From the NCBI GenBank assembly GCA_026394025.1, contig JAPKZC010000317.1, forward strand, positions 1 through 34,462: a stretch of 34,462 nt of DNA, written 5' to 3'. Position numbers and translations under genes: made by a program. The number at the start of each line of letters is the position of its first letter. Position 1 is the first letter of the stretch. Below, in pieces: positions 1-7,467 of this stretch. This DNA comes from Candidatus Solibacter sp. GTDB lineage: Bacteria; Acidobacteriota; Terriglobia; Bryobacterales; Bryobacteraceae. Below the pieces are notes generated by a model. It was not told where the DNA came from. It searched no databases and worked only from the letters and a program-made list of their open reading frames with translations.

Positions 1-1131
1 GGCGGTGTAACTGATCCGGTTGAGCCCACCTTGGATCAACTCGTGGGCCCGGCAACCTTTCACGTAGACAGTGACATCGCCGGCAAGCTCCCGGACCAGT
101 TCCGGGGACAGTTTGCGCAAGTTCACCGTTCCCATCCGCGGGCCGTGGGGACAGGCTTGAAAGCGTCCGGTCGATCTTTCGCGGGCCAATGGCTGCAGCC
201 ATGGCGATTCCAGGAATCGATCGACATCCTCGTAGGCCAGGTCATTCGCGTGCCTGCCCTTTTTCGGAACCAGCAGGATTGACAAGCCGGAGTACTCGAC
301 CAGCAAGCGTTGCATAAGTACGAGGTCGAACAGCGATTCGATATAGTCGTCGGTGAACCAAACCAGCCGGCGGTTCGATGCCGCTATCTCCGCGGCGAAT
401 GTGTCCCAGTGATCGACCGCGAGGCCGGCGCGGGCGATGCGCTGCAATTCCGCCCAGACCGGGCCGGCCGTGTTCCTTACCGCGCGGTCGGCGACCCCCG
501 CCAGTCGAATGCCCTCCACGGAAAATCCCGAGGCAGCCGCGGCGGCGCCCTTGAGGTCGAGACCGATCAGGCCCGCAGCGATACTGTACGCGAGAAGCTC
601 CTTGGTTGACGGGTTCGACCGCAGCATGTGGTCCTCGATGATCCGCGAGGCCAACTCGAAGCCAATCGTGTTGAACCGTTGATGCGTGTCCAGTTCCTTT
701 GCCGGATCGCCAAACAGGCAGTATGCAATGATCCTTCGGACGACGTCTGGCAGTTCCTGGTTGGTGATGCTCTCTGCGATCGGCGCGTCATGGTGCCGGC
801 AGGCGAGGAATCTGGCGGTTTCGGCGGCGCACGCATCCTCAAGTCCAGGCTCGGCGCCCGCCTCCAGCGCTCCACTCTCGCGCATGCGATCTAACTCCCC
901 GCAAACGATCTCGCGCATCCAGTCGATGCCCGTCGGCTCCGCCCCGCTCAGCGGCGCTCTGCCGTTCAGCCGGTCCGCCACCGTGAACGTGTCGGGGACG
1001 AAATCGGCGCGCGACAGAATCGCCAGGGCCGCGTCGGGGCCAGCCGAATCGTCGCACAGGAAGTGGCGCAGGTTCCGTTGGATGGAGTCGGTAGTCAGAG
1101 AGCGGATCGCCCTGCGTCCCTCTGCGCTCAT
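1..1131 (-). CDS. Divergent DUF89/ARMT1-like (damage-control phosphatase fold) protein, stand-alone; 3' end runs off the window
   Basis: Not in the ORF track. Translated by hand: ATG at 1131 preceded by GGAGG, open for 377 codons to position 1 (MSAEGRRAIRSLTT...). Motifs WFTDDYIESLFD, LVPKKGRHANDLAYED and GPRMGTVNLRKLSPEL...VYVKGCRAHE follow the DUF89 order DNxGE-x3-D / ND / KGxxN. It aligns along its length with the C-terminal half of the 4854-7253 protein. Confidence 0.8.
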   Translation of the reverse strand, partial: MSAEGRRAIRSLTTDSIQRNLRHFLCDDSAGPDAALAILSRADFVPDTFTVADRLNGRAPLSGAEPTGIDWMREIVCGELDRMRESGALEAGAEPGLEDACAAETARFLACRHHDAPIAESITNQELPDVVRRIIAYCLFGDPAKELDTHQRFNTIGFELASRIIEDHMLRSNPSTKELLAYSIAAGLIGLDLKGAAAAASGFSVEGIRLAGVADRAVRNTAGPVWAELQRIARAGLAVDHWDTFAAEIAASNRRLVWFTDDYIESLFDLVLMQRLLVEYSGLSILLVPKKGRHANDLAYEDVDRFLESPWLQPLARERSTGRFQACPHGPRMGTVNLRKLSPELVRELAGDVTVYVKGCRAHELIQGGLNRISYTA

Positions 1132-1165
1132 TGAGTTCCTCCGTACCGCCGGGCCGCGTCAAGCC

Positions 1166-1744
1166 TCACGAGCCGGCACCGAATCTCAGCGGGTCATCGC
1201 CCGCGTTCAACAGATCGCCCACTCGCAGAAGCACGGCGCGATGCCCACCCGGGTCGTATACCGCTATGGACGGTCCGGGAAATCCTTCTTTGTCCAAAGG
1301 CACGAGCGTTCCAGGGTTGAGGGACAACGTGTTTCCAAAGCGCTCGATGGCGGGGCTGTGGTTGTGTCCGTGGCAGACCAGATCGTACTTACCGCTTGCC
1401 ACCAGTGCCTCGGTGATTTCATTGTGGTCGCCATGATAGATTGCGATGCGGCGGCCGAAGCTCTCGAAGGCAAGAAACCGATCCTGGATGGTTATGGCGA
1501 TGCCGAACTTGCCGGCATACTGGACATGCCGCACAGGGTCTCCGTCGTTGTTGCCAAATACCCCCATGATCTTGCACGGGAGGCCCTTGTAGTATTCGAG
1601 AGAGAACGGTGAGACCCAATCTCCGCAGTGAATCACCAAGGCAGCCTGCCGCTGCGCAAAGTAGCCGACAACCGCCGCGATATTCGCGATATGATCGTGC
1701 GTGTCCGACATGACTCCGATCAATAACCGAGATTCTTCTTCCAT
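1166..1744 (-). CDS. Calcineurin-like metallophosphoesterase, YfcE/MJ0936 family (phosphodiesterase)
   Basis: Complete metal-binding motif set: SDTHD, HCGD, GNND, YHG, GHNH, plus LNPG. GAGG upstream of the ATG. Confidence 0.9.
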   Translation of the reverse strand: MEEESRLLIGVMSDTHDHIANIAAVVGYFAQRQAALVIHCGDWVSPFSLEYYKGLPCKIMGVFGNNDGDPVRHVQYAGKFGIAITIQDRFLAFESFGRRIAIYHGDHNEITEALVASGKYDLVCHGHNHSPAIERFGNTLSLNPGTLVPLDKEGFPGPSIAVYDPGGHRAVLLRVGDLLNAGDDPLRFGAGS

Positions 1745-1828
1745 AATCGAACCCCTCGTCTCGCCAAAACACCGGCGGTATCAGGCGGCTCAGGTACTTT
1801 GCATAGCGCCTTCCGCCTGCGCGTATCT

Positions 1829-4027
1829 CTAGCCTGCGGCCGCGCCCAGTGCCCGCAAGGCCTTTCGGGCCTCGTCCCTGACCTCGGGGTCTTTGTCGTC
1901 CGTAGCCAGTCCCAAAATATCCCGAGCGTTTGACCCTCCCAACTGCCATGCGGTCTGCACTACCGCTTTTCGCACGAGACTGATGGGATCTTTCATCGCC
2001 TGTTGCAGAACGGAGAAGGCAGCGACCCCTCCCAGACGGGCTAGCGCAAGCACCGAGTACTCGCGCACCTCCGGGTCGTCGTCGTGTAGAGCCCTATGCA
2101 ACAGGGTCGGACCCGCCCCCAGGGGGTCAATCATTTCGATCGCCCAGATCATGGAGCGCCGCACTCCGCCATCCGGTTCGTCGGCGAGACGCCCGGTCAG
2201 ATCCAGAGCATGATCCCGGGAGACTTCGCCCATCAGACCCAGCGCCACCGCGGCGTTCTGTCGAATAACTGGTTCGGTGGCGGAGTCTTTCAGACGCTCC
2301 AACAGCAGCCGTGAATCGGCCGGATTGCCCAATAGACCGAGCACAACCTCGGCGATACGGGAGACCCGCCTATCCTGTCCCGGCCTCCGTAGTGCCTCTC
2401 CGATGAGCTGCCTGGCCGCCGGCTCCCGATACCAGCCAAGTTCCATGATGGCCCGCCGCTTCTCCTCCGCCTCCGGGTGGTGCAGCAGGACAGCCCTGGC
2501 TTTTCCGGCCGCCGTTGCGCGGTCCGCGGCGGAACCGCGAAACGGCTGCCGGATCATGGCCCGCAGCGTCACCGCCGAGTTTCTGCGCAGTAGGGCGTAC
2601 TCCATCCCGGGGTAGTTCTCCAGGTAGCCGTGCAATCTCGCGCAACAATCCAGATTGTCCAACATCTGAGCCATGAAGTCGACCACGGCCGCGCCAGGCT
2701 GGACTTTGCTCAACTCCTTCGTGGCGCCCTCGGCATTCGCCAGCACCAGGCCGGCGAGGTGCCGTGCCATGAAATACTCGAGAAAGGACGTATGAACGAA
2801 TGTATAGCTGTCGGGCGGCGCTGCCACGAGAAACGAACAGGTGCCGATGTCATGCTTAAACGCATCCAACCCGGTGCCCGGCAGTGAGAAGCGGACCCGG
2901 AGCTTGTCGCGGATCGTCTTCCACGGAACGCAGTAGCTCCCTTGGAGGCCCATCTCCCACGCAAGTTCCGCCAGGAAAGACGTCTTGTCGTCACGGTCCA
3001 GTGTGGACCTGGAGTGTTGCGAGGCGATCCATTGGTCCGTGTAGGTTTCGTATAGCGCCGCCGAACTCACCGTTCCGGCGCCCAACTGGCCGCGCGTCTC
3101 CAGGATCATTTTCAGAAACAGGGGCGTGCGTGCGAGATCCTTCAGATCGTGGACCTCCGGAATCTCCCACTCCTGTTGGGTCACGGCCTTGATGTATTGC
3201 CTGATTTCCGCATCGGTCCACTTCCGGACCTGTACACGCGCGAAGTGTGCGAACTGGCTTGGCTCGACGCTATCCCGGAAGAAACTGTCGCGGCAGGATA
3301 GGATCAGATGCCCCTGCCGGGTTTGCGAGACAGCCAGTATCTTTTGCGCATTGCTCTGCACCTCGGCCCGGGTGGGACTGAGCGACATTTCGTCGAAGGC
3401 GTCGAGCACCAGCACGAGTTTCCCGGCCAAGCGTGCGTCGGCCAAGACATCGGTCTTCAAGACCACTCCATGCTTCATCAAAGTCCTGGCGACCAGCGCC
3501 GGCAGTGTCTCAGGGACGGCGCAGTCCTTGAGGCTGATGAAAATCGGTGTTCGGGACGCCGAATCCCCGGCCAGGCTCGCTTTCGCCAGTCGGTAAGTGT
3601 ACTCCCGGAGGAAGGTCGTCTTCCCTGTGCCAAAATACCCCAGCAGCAGGACGCATTTTGATTCGCTGGCGTGCTCGAAGAGGTCGTTGAAGCACGCGTC
3701 CAGGGATTCCCCGCCCTTGTAATCGGTTGTCGCGCTGACGTAAAGCTTGTGCTCCGGGCTCTGTTCCCATTCCGATACAAGATGTCTCAAGTACGGGCCG
3801 AAGCCCTGGGGGCGGAGGCGTTTATGACGGGAGATAAGAAGCATCAACGCGGTTGTCACCACAATCGCCACAACAGCGGCTGCGATCGCCCGCATTGGGT
3901 GTTTCTGAAAGAAGACAAGATAGGCTGCGCAGCCTGTGAGGAGTGCGCTCACGATCAAGCTCACGGTGAGCTTTTCGGGTATCTGCGCTCCGACCTTGCG
4001 TACCCACTGCCAGAATGTCACGGTCAC
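1829..4027 (-). CDS. NACHT (STAND) NTPase with two N-terminal TM helices and C-terminal HEAT/PBS-lyase repeats (NLR-like)
   Basis: Walker A GYFGTGKT, Walker B LVLVLDAFDEM, ILSCRDSFF, TPLFL, winged-helix YTFVHTSFLEYF. C-terminal repeats (DSATEPVIRQNAAVALG, DEPDGGVRRS, DDDPEVREYSVLAL, DPISLVRKA, DKDPEVRDEA). Two hydrophobic N-terminal segments. Confidence 0.88.
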   Translation of the reverse strand: MTVTFWQWVRKVGAQIPEKLTVSLIVSALLTGCAAYLVFFQKHPMRAIAAAVVAIVVTTALMLLISRHKRLRPQGFGPYLRHLVSEWEQSPEHKLYVSATTDYKGGESLDACFNDLFEHASESKCVLLLGYFGTGKTTFLREYTYRLAKASLAGDSASRTPIFISLKDCAVPETLPALVARTLMKHGVVLKTDVLADARLAGKLVLVLDAFDEMSLSPTRAEVQSNAQKILAVSQTRQGHLILSCRDSFFRDSVEPSQFAHFARVQVRKWTDAEIRQYIKAVTQQEWEIPEVHDLKDLARTPLFLKMILETRGQLGAGTVSSAALYETYTDQWIASQHSRSTLDRDDKTSFLAELAWEMGLQGSYCVPWKTIRDKLRVRFSLPGTGLDAFKHDIGTCSFLVAAPPDSYTFVHTSFLEYFMARHLAGLVLANAEGATKELSKVQPGAAVVDFMAQMLDNLDCCARLHGYLENYPGMEYALLRRNSAVTLRAMIRQPFRGSAADRATAAGKARAVLLHHPEAEEKRRAIMELGWYREPAARQLIGEALRRPGQDRRVSRIAEVVLGLLGNPADSRLLLERLKDSATEPVIRQNAAVALGLMGEVSRDHALDLTGRLADEPDGGVRRSMIWAIEMIDPLGAGPTLLHRALHDDDPEVREYSVLALARLGGVAAFSVLQQAMKDPISLVRKAVVQTAWQLGGSNARDILGLATDDKDPEVRDEARKALRALGAAAG

Positions 4028-4162
4028 TCCCCACGCATCGTAACAAGCCCCGACTCGGGGCGCCAGCCCTCAGCCGGCATCGCCGGGATTTTAGGGCTCT
4101 ACAATCTGTTATTCGCCTGGGCTGTCCGGAAATCCCGTGTGCCGTTCGCTACAATTCGGATG

Positions 4163-4639
4163 ATGTTGAACGTTGCGATTCCAGGTAGGGAGCCTCTGGT
4201 GTTACGCAGCCTCGCGCTCGATATCAACGGCACCCTGACCTGTGACGGTCGCTTGCTTCCCGGAGTGCGGGCCTCCATCAAACGCCTCAAACAGCAGTTG
4301 GACGTTTGCCTGATTTCTTGCGATTCGCGCGGCAACGCGCGAGCCATTGCCAAGTCTCTGGCGGTTCCCTTGCACGTCGTGGCATATCACCGCCGCGGCG
4401 AAGCTTTCGGCAAACTCGCCGTTCTACGTAGGCTGGGGCCGTCGGCTACCGCGGCCATCGGCAACGGCGAATCTGACCGCCTGATGTTCGAGGAGGCCGC
4501 CCTGAGCATCGCCGTTCTTGGGAAAGAGGGCGCGGCTGGAACGGCGCTGATGAACGCGGCCGTAGTCGTGCGCGACATCGCCGACGCGTTTGACCTGCTC
4601 CTGCACCCAGCCCGCCTGATTGCGACGCTTCGATGCTAG
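4163..4639 (+). CDS. HAD-superfamily hydrolase, soluble P-type-ATPase-like (COG4087 type)
   Basis: LDINGTL (motif I), ISCDSRG, AIGNGESD, and the C-terminus LLLHPARLIATLR typical of this family. The start is ATG 4160 or 4163; TACAAT at 4150-4155 favours 4163. The 3671 start in the ORF track overlaps the NACHT gene. Confidence 0.85.
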   Translation: MLNVAIPGREPLVLRSLALDINGTLTCDGRLLPGVRASIKRLKQQLDVCLISCDSRGNARAIAKSLAVPLHVVAYHRRGEAFGKLAVLRRLGPSATAAIGNGESDRLMFEEAALSIAVLGKEGAAGTALMNAAVVVRDIADAFDLLLHPARLIATLRC

Positions 4640-4853
4640 GGCGGTATCGCCGTTGCCACGTCCATACCGGCGGAACTCGCCGCCACAACCGGGGAGTTTG
4701 CGACCCTTGCCACCGCCAATCTGCCGTTCATCCGCCAAGGCTTGGTCGAAATCCTGATGTCGCCGCCGCCTCTTGCCCGCATCGCCCACGTGGTCCGGGG
4801 CGGTCCGAACCTGTATAAACTCAGTGGCTGGATTGCGCACGTCCTGGTGGCGG

Positions 4854-7253
4854 TTAGGGCGCCATGCTGGCCCGGATTCCCGCCCAGCGATCCCGATCGT
4901 CCGCAACCGTCCTGGCCGCCAGTTGTTTGCCCCCTTCGATTCTCAGGTGGCGTTCCTTGAATCCCTTGAATGATCGATCTCCGGGCTGATGGACAATGTA
5001 CACAAAAGGCTTCTCCTCCGCCCGGAGCCCCGTAACCGATTCGCTGAAATCCCGGCACACCATAAACCCAAAGTACGCTTCCTTCTTGACCCCCTGCAAC
5101 ATCTCATAGTTCCGGGCCCCGCGTACATCGATCGCCGTACACGTCCGCAACAGGTCCACAATACCTGGGTGAAGCTTCCGTAGATTCACCCCTCCTAACT
5201 TGGGACCGTTGGGTTCCACGATGAAACGCGGGCAGTCCTTCAGGCACTCGAAATGTTCGACCATCTCCTTCACGTCGTTGAATGAAGCATCGTTACTGCA
5301 CCGCATGGACCTCGGGACGAGATGGATCTCTAGATGCGGGAATTGGCGCAGCAGTTCCTCGTAGTACCGGAGCAGAACGATCGTCTCCAGGTAGTCGTCG
5401 GAGAACCCGACCAACGTGAAATCGCGGTGCCGTTTCTCGATCCCCGTAAGAAACGCGTCGGTCGCATCGATGCGGCAAGGCGACTTTGATAACTGCCACA
5501 GTTCTTCGGCTACCCTCTGCACTTCCTGCGCGCGGACCTCGCCTTTCCGGTCCAACTGGATCCCGCTGCCCTCCACAATCTGCGACGTAGCCGCATGGGT
5601 CGGCTTCTCGTCAACACCCAATAAGCCCGCCGCTACCGAAAGGTGCAGCCATTCCCGAATTCCGAGTTTGTAGTGTCGTGTAAGGTAGTCCAACACCTCG
5701 AACAGAAAGTCCCGCCGCAACGAAGTCAGGGCCGGATAGAGGTCCAGTTCCCGATCGGGATCGTTCGTGAGGAAGGTCAGCAGGAGTCGCCGCAATATGT
5801 CCGAGTACTCCTGATACCAGATCTCCTTCTTCAACGATTCTTGCGGGCCCGGAGGATCGAAGTTCAGGGTCTCGAGCACGTTTCGGACGGCCCCGCCCCA
5901 CGCCGGACTCCGGGCAAGCGCGGGGCAGGCCCGGGCAATCACTTTCATGTCGTCCTCGAGAATCCCGCGCACCCAGGGGTCGAAGTCCAACGCCGGCGAA
6001 AGGAAGGGCGCCTGAACCGAAACCGCGTCAATCGTGTTTGTTCCCGCCTCGTAACCCGAGTCAATAAGATCGGAACCCCCGGCCAAACGTTCTTTCGTGT
6101 CCTGGTAACCCAGGATCACGCGGCGCACGTGCGTCCAGCAGTTGAGGTCCGGTCTGCAACAGCGAGTGCTCAGGCAGTTCCCCAGCATGGTCGCCACACG
6201 GCAGTTCCCCCAGTCGTCGTTGTAGTGACCGGCTTGGATCAGGGGTATGGCGGTGGACGATTCCAGCATCTGGGAAACCGAGCCGGCGATGGAGTCGAAC
6301 CACTTCCGGGCGTTGCCATCATCACTGCGGCTCAGTTTGAACTCCGGCACCGCTCCAGCATCTTCGCCATAGAGGTAGAGGCTGACGTAGCATGTCTCGC
6401 CATCGACAAGGATGGTACGAAAACGCGGCATGTAGTCCGTGAGATAGGCGTGAAAGAGGGGCGGCTGCTCGTGGTATTCGGCGATTGTCTTTAAGAAGTC
6501 GATACTGGCCTCGCTACGGCTCCTAAGGGGGTGAAATGGTTCGTGAGCGCGAGCGTAATTGCTGTGCGGATTCAGGAGCATCAGCGTGACGGTGACTCCA
6601 CGGTCGAACAGTTCACCTAAAGCCTTTCGCACCCGGGCGTCGCGAGCAAACCGATCAAGGGCAAGACCCCAAACAGTCAACGAAGATCGAGCCGTGAGCA
6701 TGATCTCGTGCAAATCGGCAAGTTCCGGAACCGGCGGAGCCTGCGGCCATTCGCCGGTGACACCCCACACCAGCCTTCTGAGGCTTTGTTCGTACTCTTC
6801 GTCCTTTCGGAAATCGACCCATTGCAGGATCTGGAGGAACTCGGGCAGTTGGGCATCGCGTAGCAGCACAGGGATTATCCTCGGGGGCTCGTCGGCATCG
6901 TTCATCGACACAAGCGCCCGATTGTACTCGGTCATCACCCAGCGGGAGCCCACAGATTCGGGTGAACAGATCAGAACCACCGCCCGACTTGTTTTCAGCC
7001 CATTTCCTAGTGCTTCAACGAAGAGATCCCCAGGACGGATTTGATCCCGGTCCAGCCAGACGCGCAGGCCCTGCGCCGCCAACCGCTCCTTGAGCCGCTT
7101 CGTCCACACCTCATCGCGGCTGTTGTAGCTCAGAAAGACATCGAAATCGAATCGCGTGGAACAGAGCAAAACGTAACACCCTTCAGGATCGGGCACAATG
7201 CCCACTTCGATGAATTGCCCCACCCGGCATATTCCGTCCGCCGGCGAGAGCAA
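4854..7253 (-). CDS. Three-domain fusion: TIR_2 + DUF5919-like/PLD-fold domain + Cys-rich linker + divergent DUF89/ARMT1-like domain
   Basis: aa ~35-166 TIR (FDVFLSYNSRD, VWLDRDQIRPGD, SRWVMTE with Glu109, IIPVLL). aa ~180-335 ARSSLTVWG...GVTVTLMLLNPHS...YMPRFRTILVD...YLYG (PLD-like fold, no HKD). aa ~375-775 DUF89-like (FSDDYLE, VPRSMRCSNDASFND, VRGARNYEML). The start codon is uncertain; TTG 7169 is also plausible. Confidence 0.8.
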   Translation of the reverse strand: MLSPADGICRVGQFIEVGIVPDPEGCYVLLCSTRFDFDVFLSYNSRDEVWTKRLKERLAAQGLRVWLDRDQIRPGDLFVEALGNGLKTSRAVVLICSPESVGSRWVMTEYNRALVSMNDADEPPRIIPVLLRDAQLPEFLQILQWVDFRKDEEYEQSLRRLVWGVTGEWPQAPPVPELADLHEIMLTARSSLTVWGLALDRFARDARVRKALGELFDRGVTVTLMLLNPHSNYARAHEPFHPLRSRSEASIDFLKTIAEYHEQPPLFHAYLTDYMPRFRTILVDGETCYVSLYLYGEDAGAVPEFKLSRSDDGNARKWFDSIAGSVSQMLESSTAIPLIQAGHYNDDWGNCRVATMLGNCLSTRCCRPDLNCWTHVRRVILGYQDTKERLAGGSDLIDSGYEAGTNTIDAVSVQAPFLSPALDFDPWVRGILEDDMKVIARACPALARSPAWGGAVRNVLETLNFDPPGPQESLKKEIWYQEYSDILRRLLLTFLTNDPDRELDLYPALTSLRRDFLFEVLDYLTRHYKLGIREWLHLSVAAGLLGVDEKPTHAATSQIVEGSGIQLDRKGEVRAQEVQRVAEELWQLSKSPCRIDATDAFLTGIEKRHRDFTLVGFSDDYLETIVLLRYYEELLRQFPHLEIHLVPRSMRCSNDASFNDVKEMVEHFECLKDCPRFIVEPNGPKLGGVNLRKLHPGIVDLLRTCTAIDVRGARNYEMLQGVKKEAYFGFMVCRDFSESVTGLRAEEKPFVYIVHQPGDRSFKGFKERHLRIEGGKQLAARTVADDRDRWAGIRASMAP

Positions 7254-7467
7254 TCATTGAGGCGGTGATGCAGTCTCCATGCGGGCCGCGCACCGGATGA
7301 GCGCGGGATTACAGGCTTTGGCGCGATGCCGCTCAAGTCGAGGTGCTATCCCGTCGGAGGCGAACTCCTATTCGAAATGGATGAAGAACCACCCGAAGAA
7401 ATGCTCTGTGACCCTGGCGGCCTCCCTCTTCCTGTTTGAGAAACCGCCCGCGCGAGTTGCCCCCGGC

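Noticed and set aside
686..1612. 308-aa plus-strand ORF and other short plus-strand ORFs in 31-1612
   Set aside because: Antisense shadows of the DUF89-like and YfcE genes; no recognisable motifs.
3671..4159. N-terminal extension of the HAD ORF
   Set aside because: Overlaps the NACHT gene antisense; family similarity and a -10 box point to a start at 4160/4163.
4640..4853. Possible small ORF or frameshifted tail of the TIR fusion
   Set aside because: No RBS or recognisable motif in any frame I read.
7340..7400. ANSYSKWM peptide reminiscent of IS200 TnpA (KANSSKW)
   Set aside because: Too short; no HUH motif or other transposase sequence nearby.
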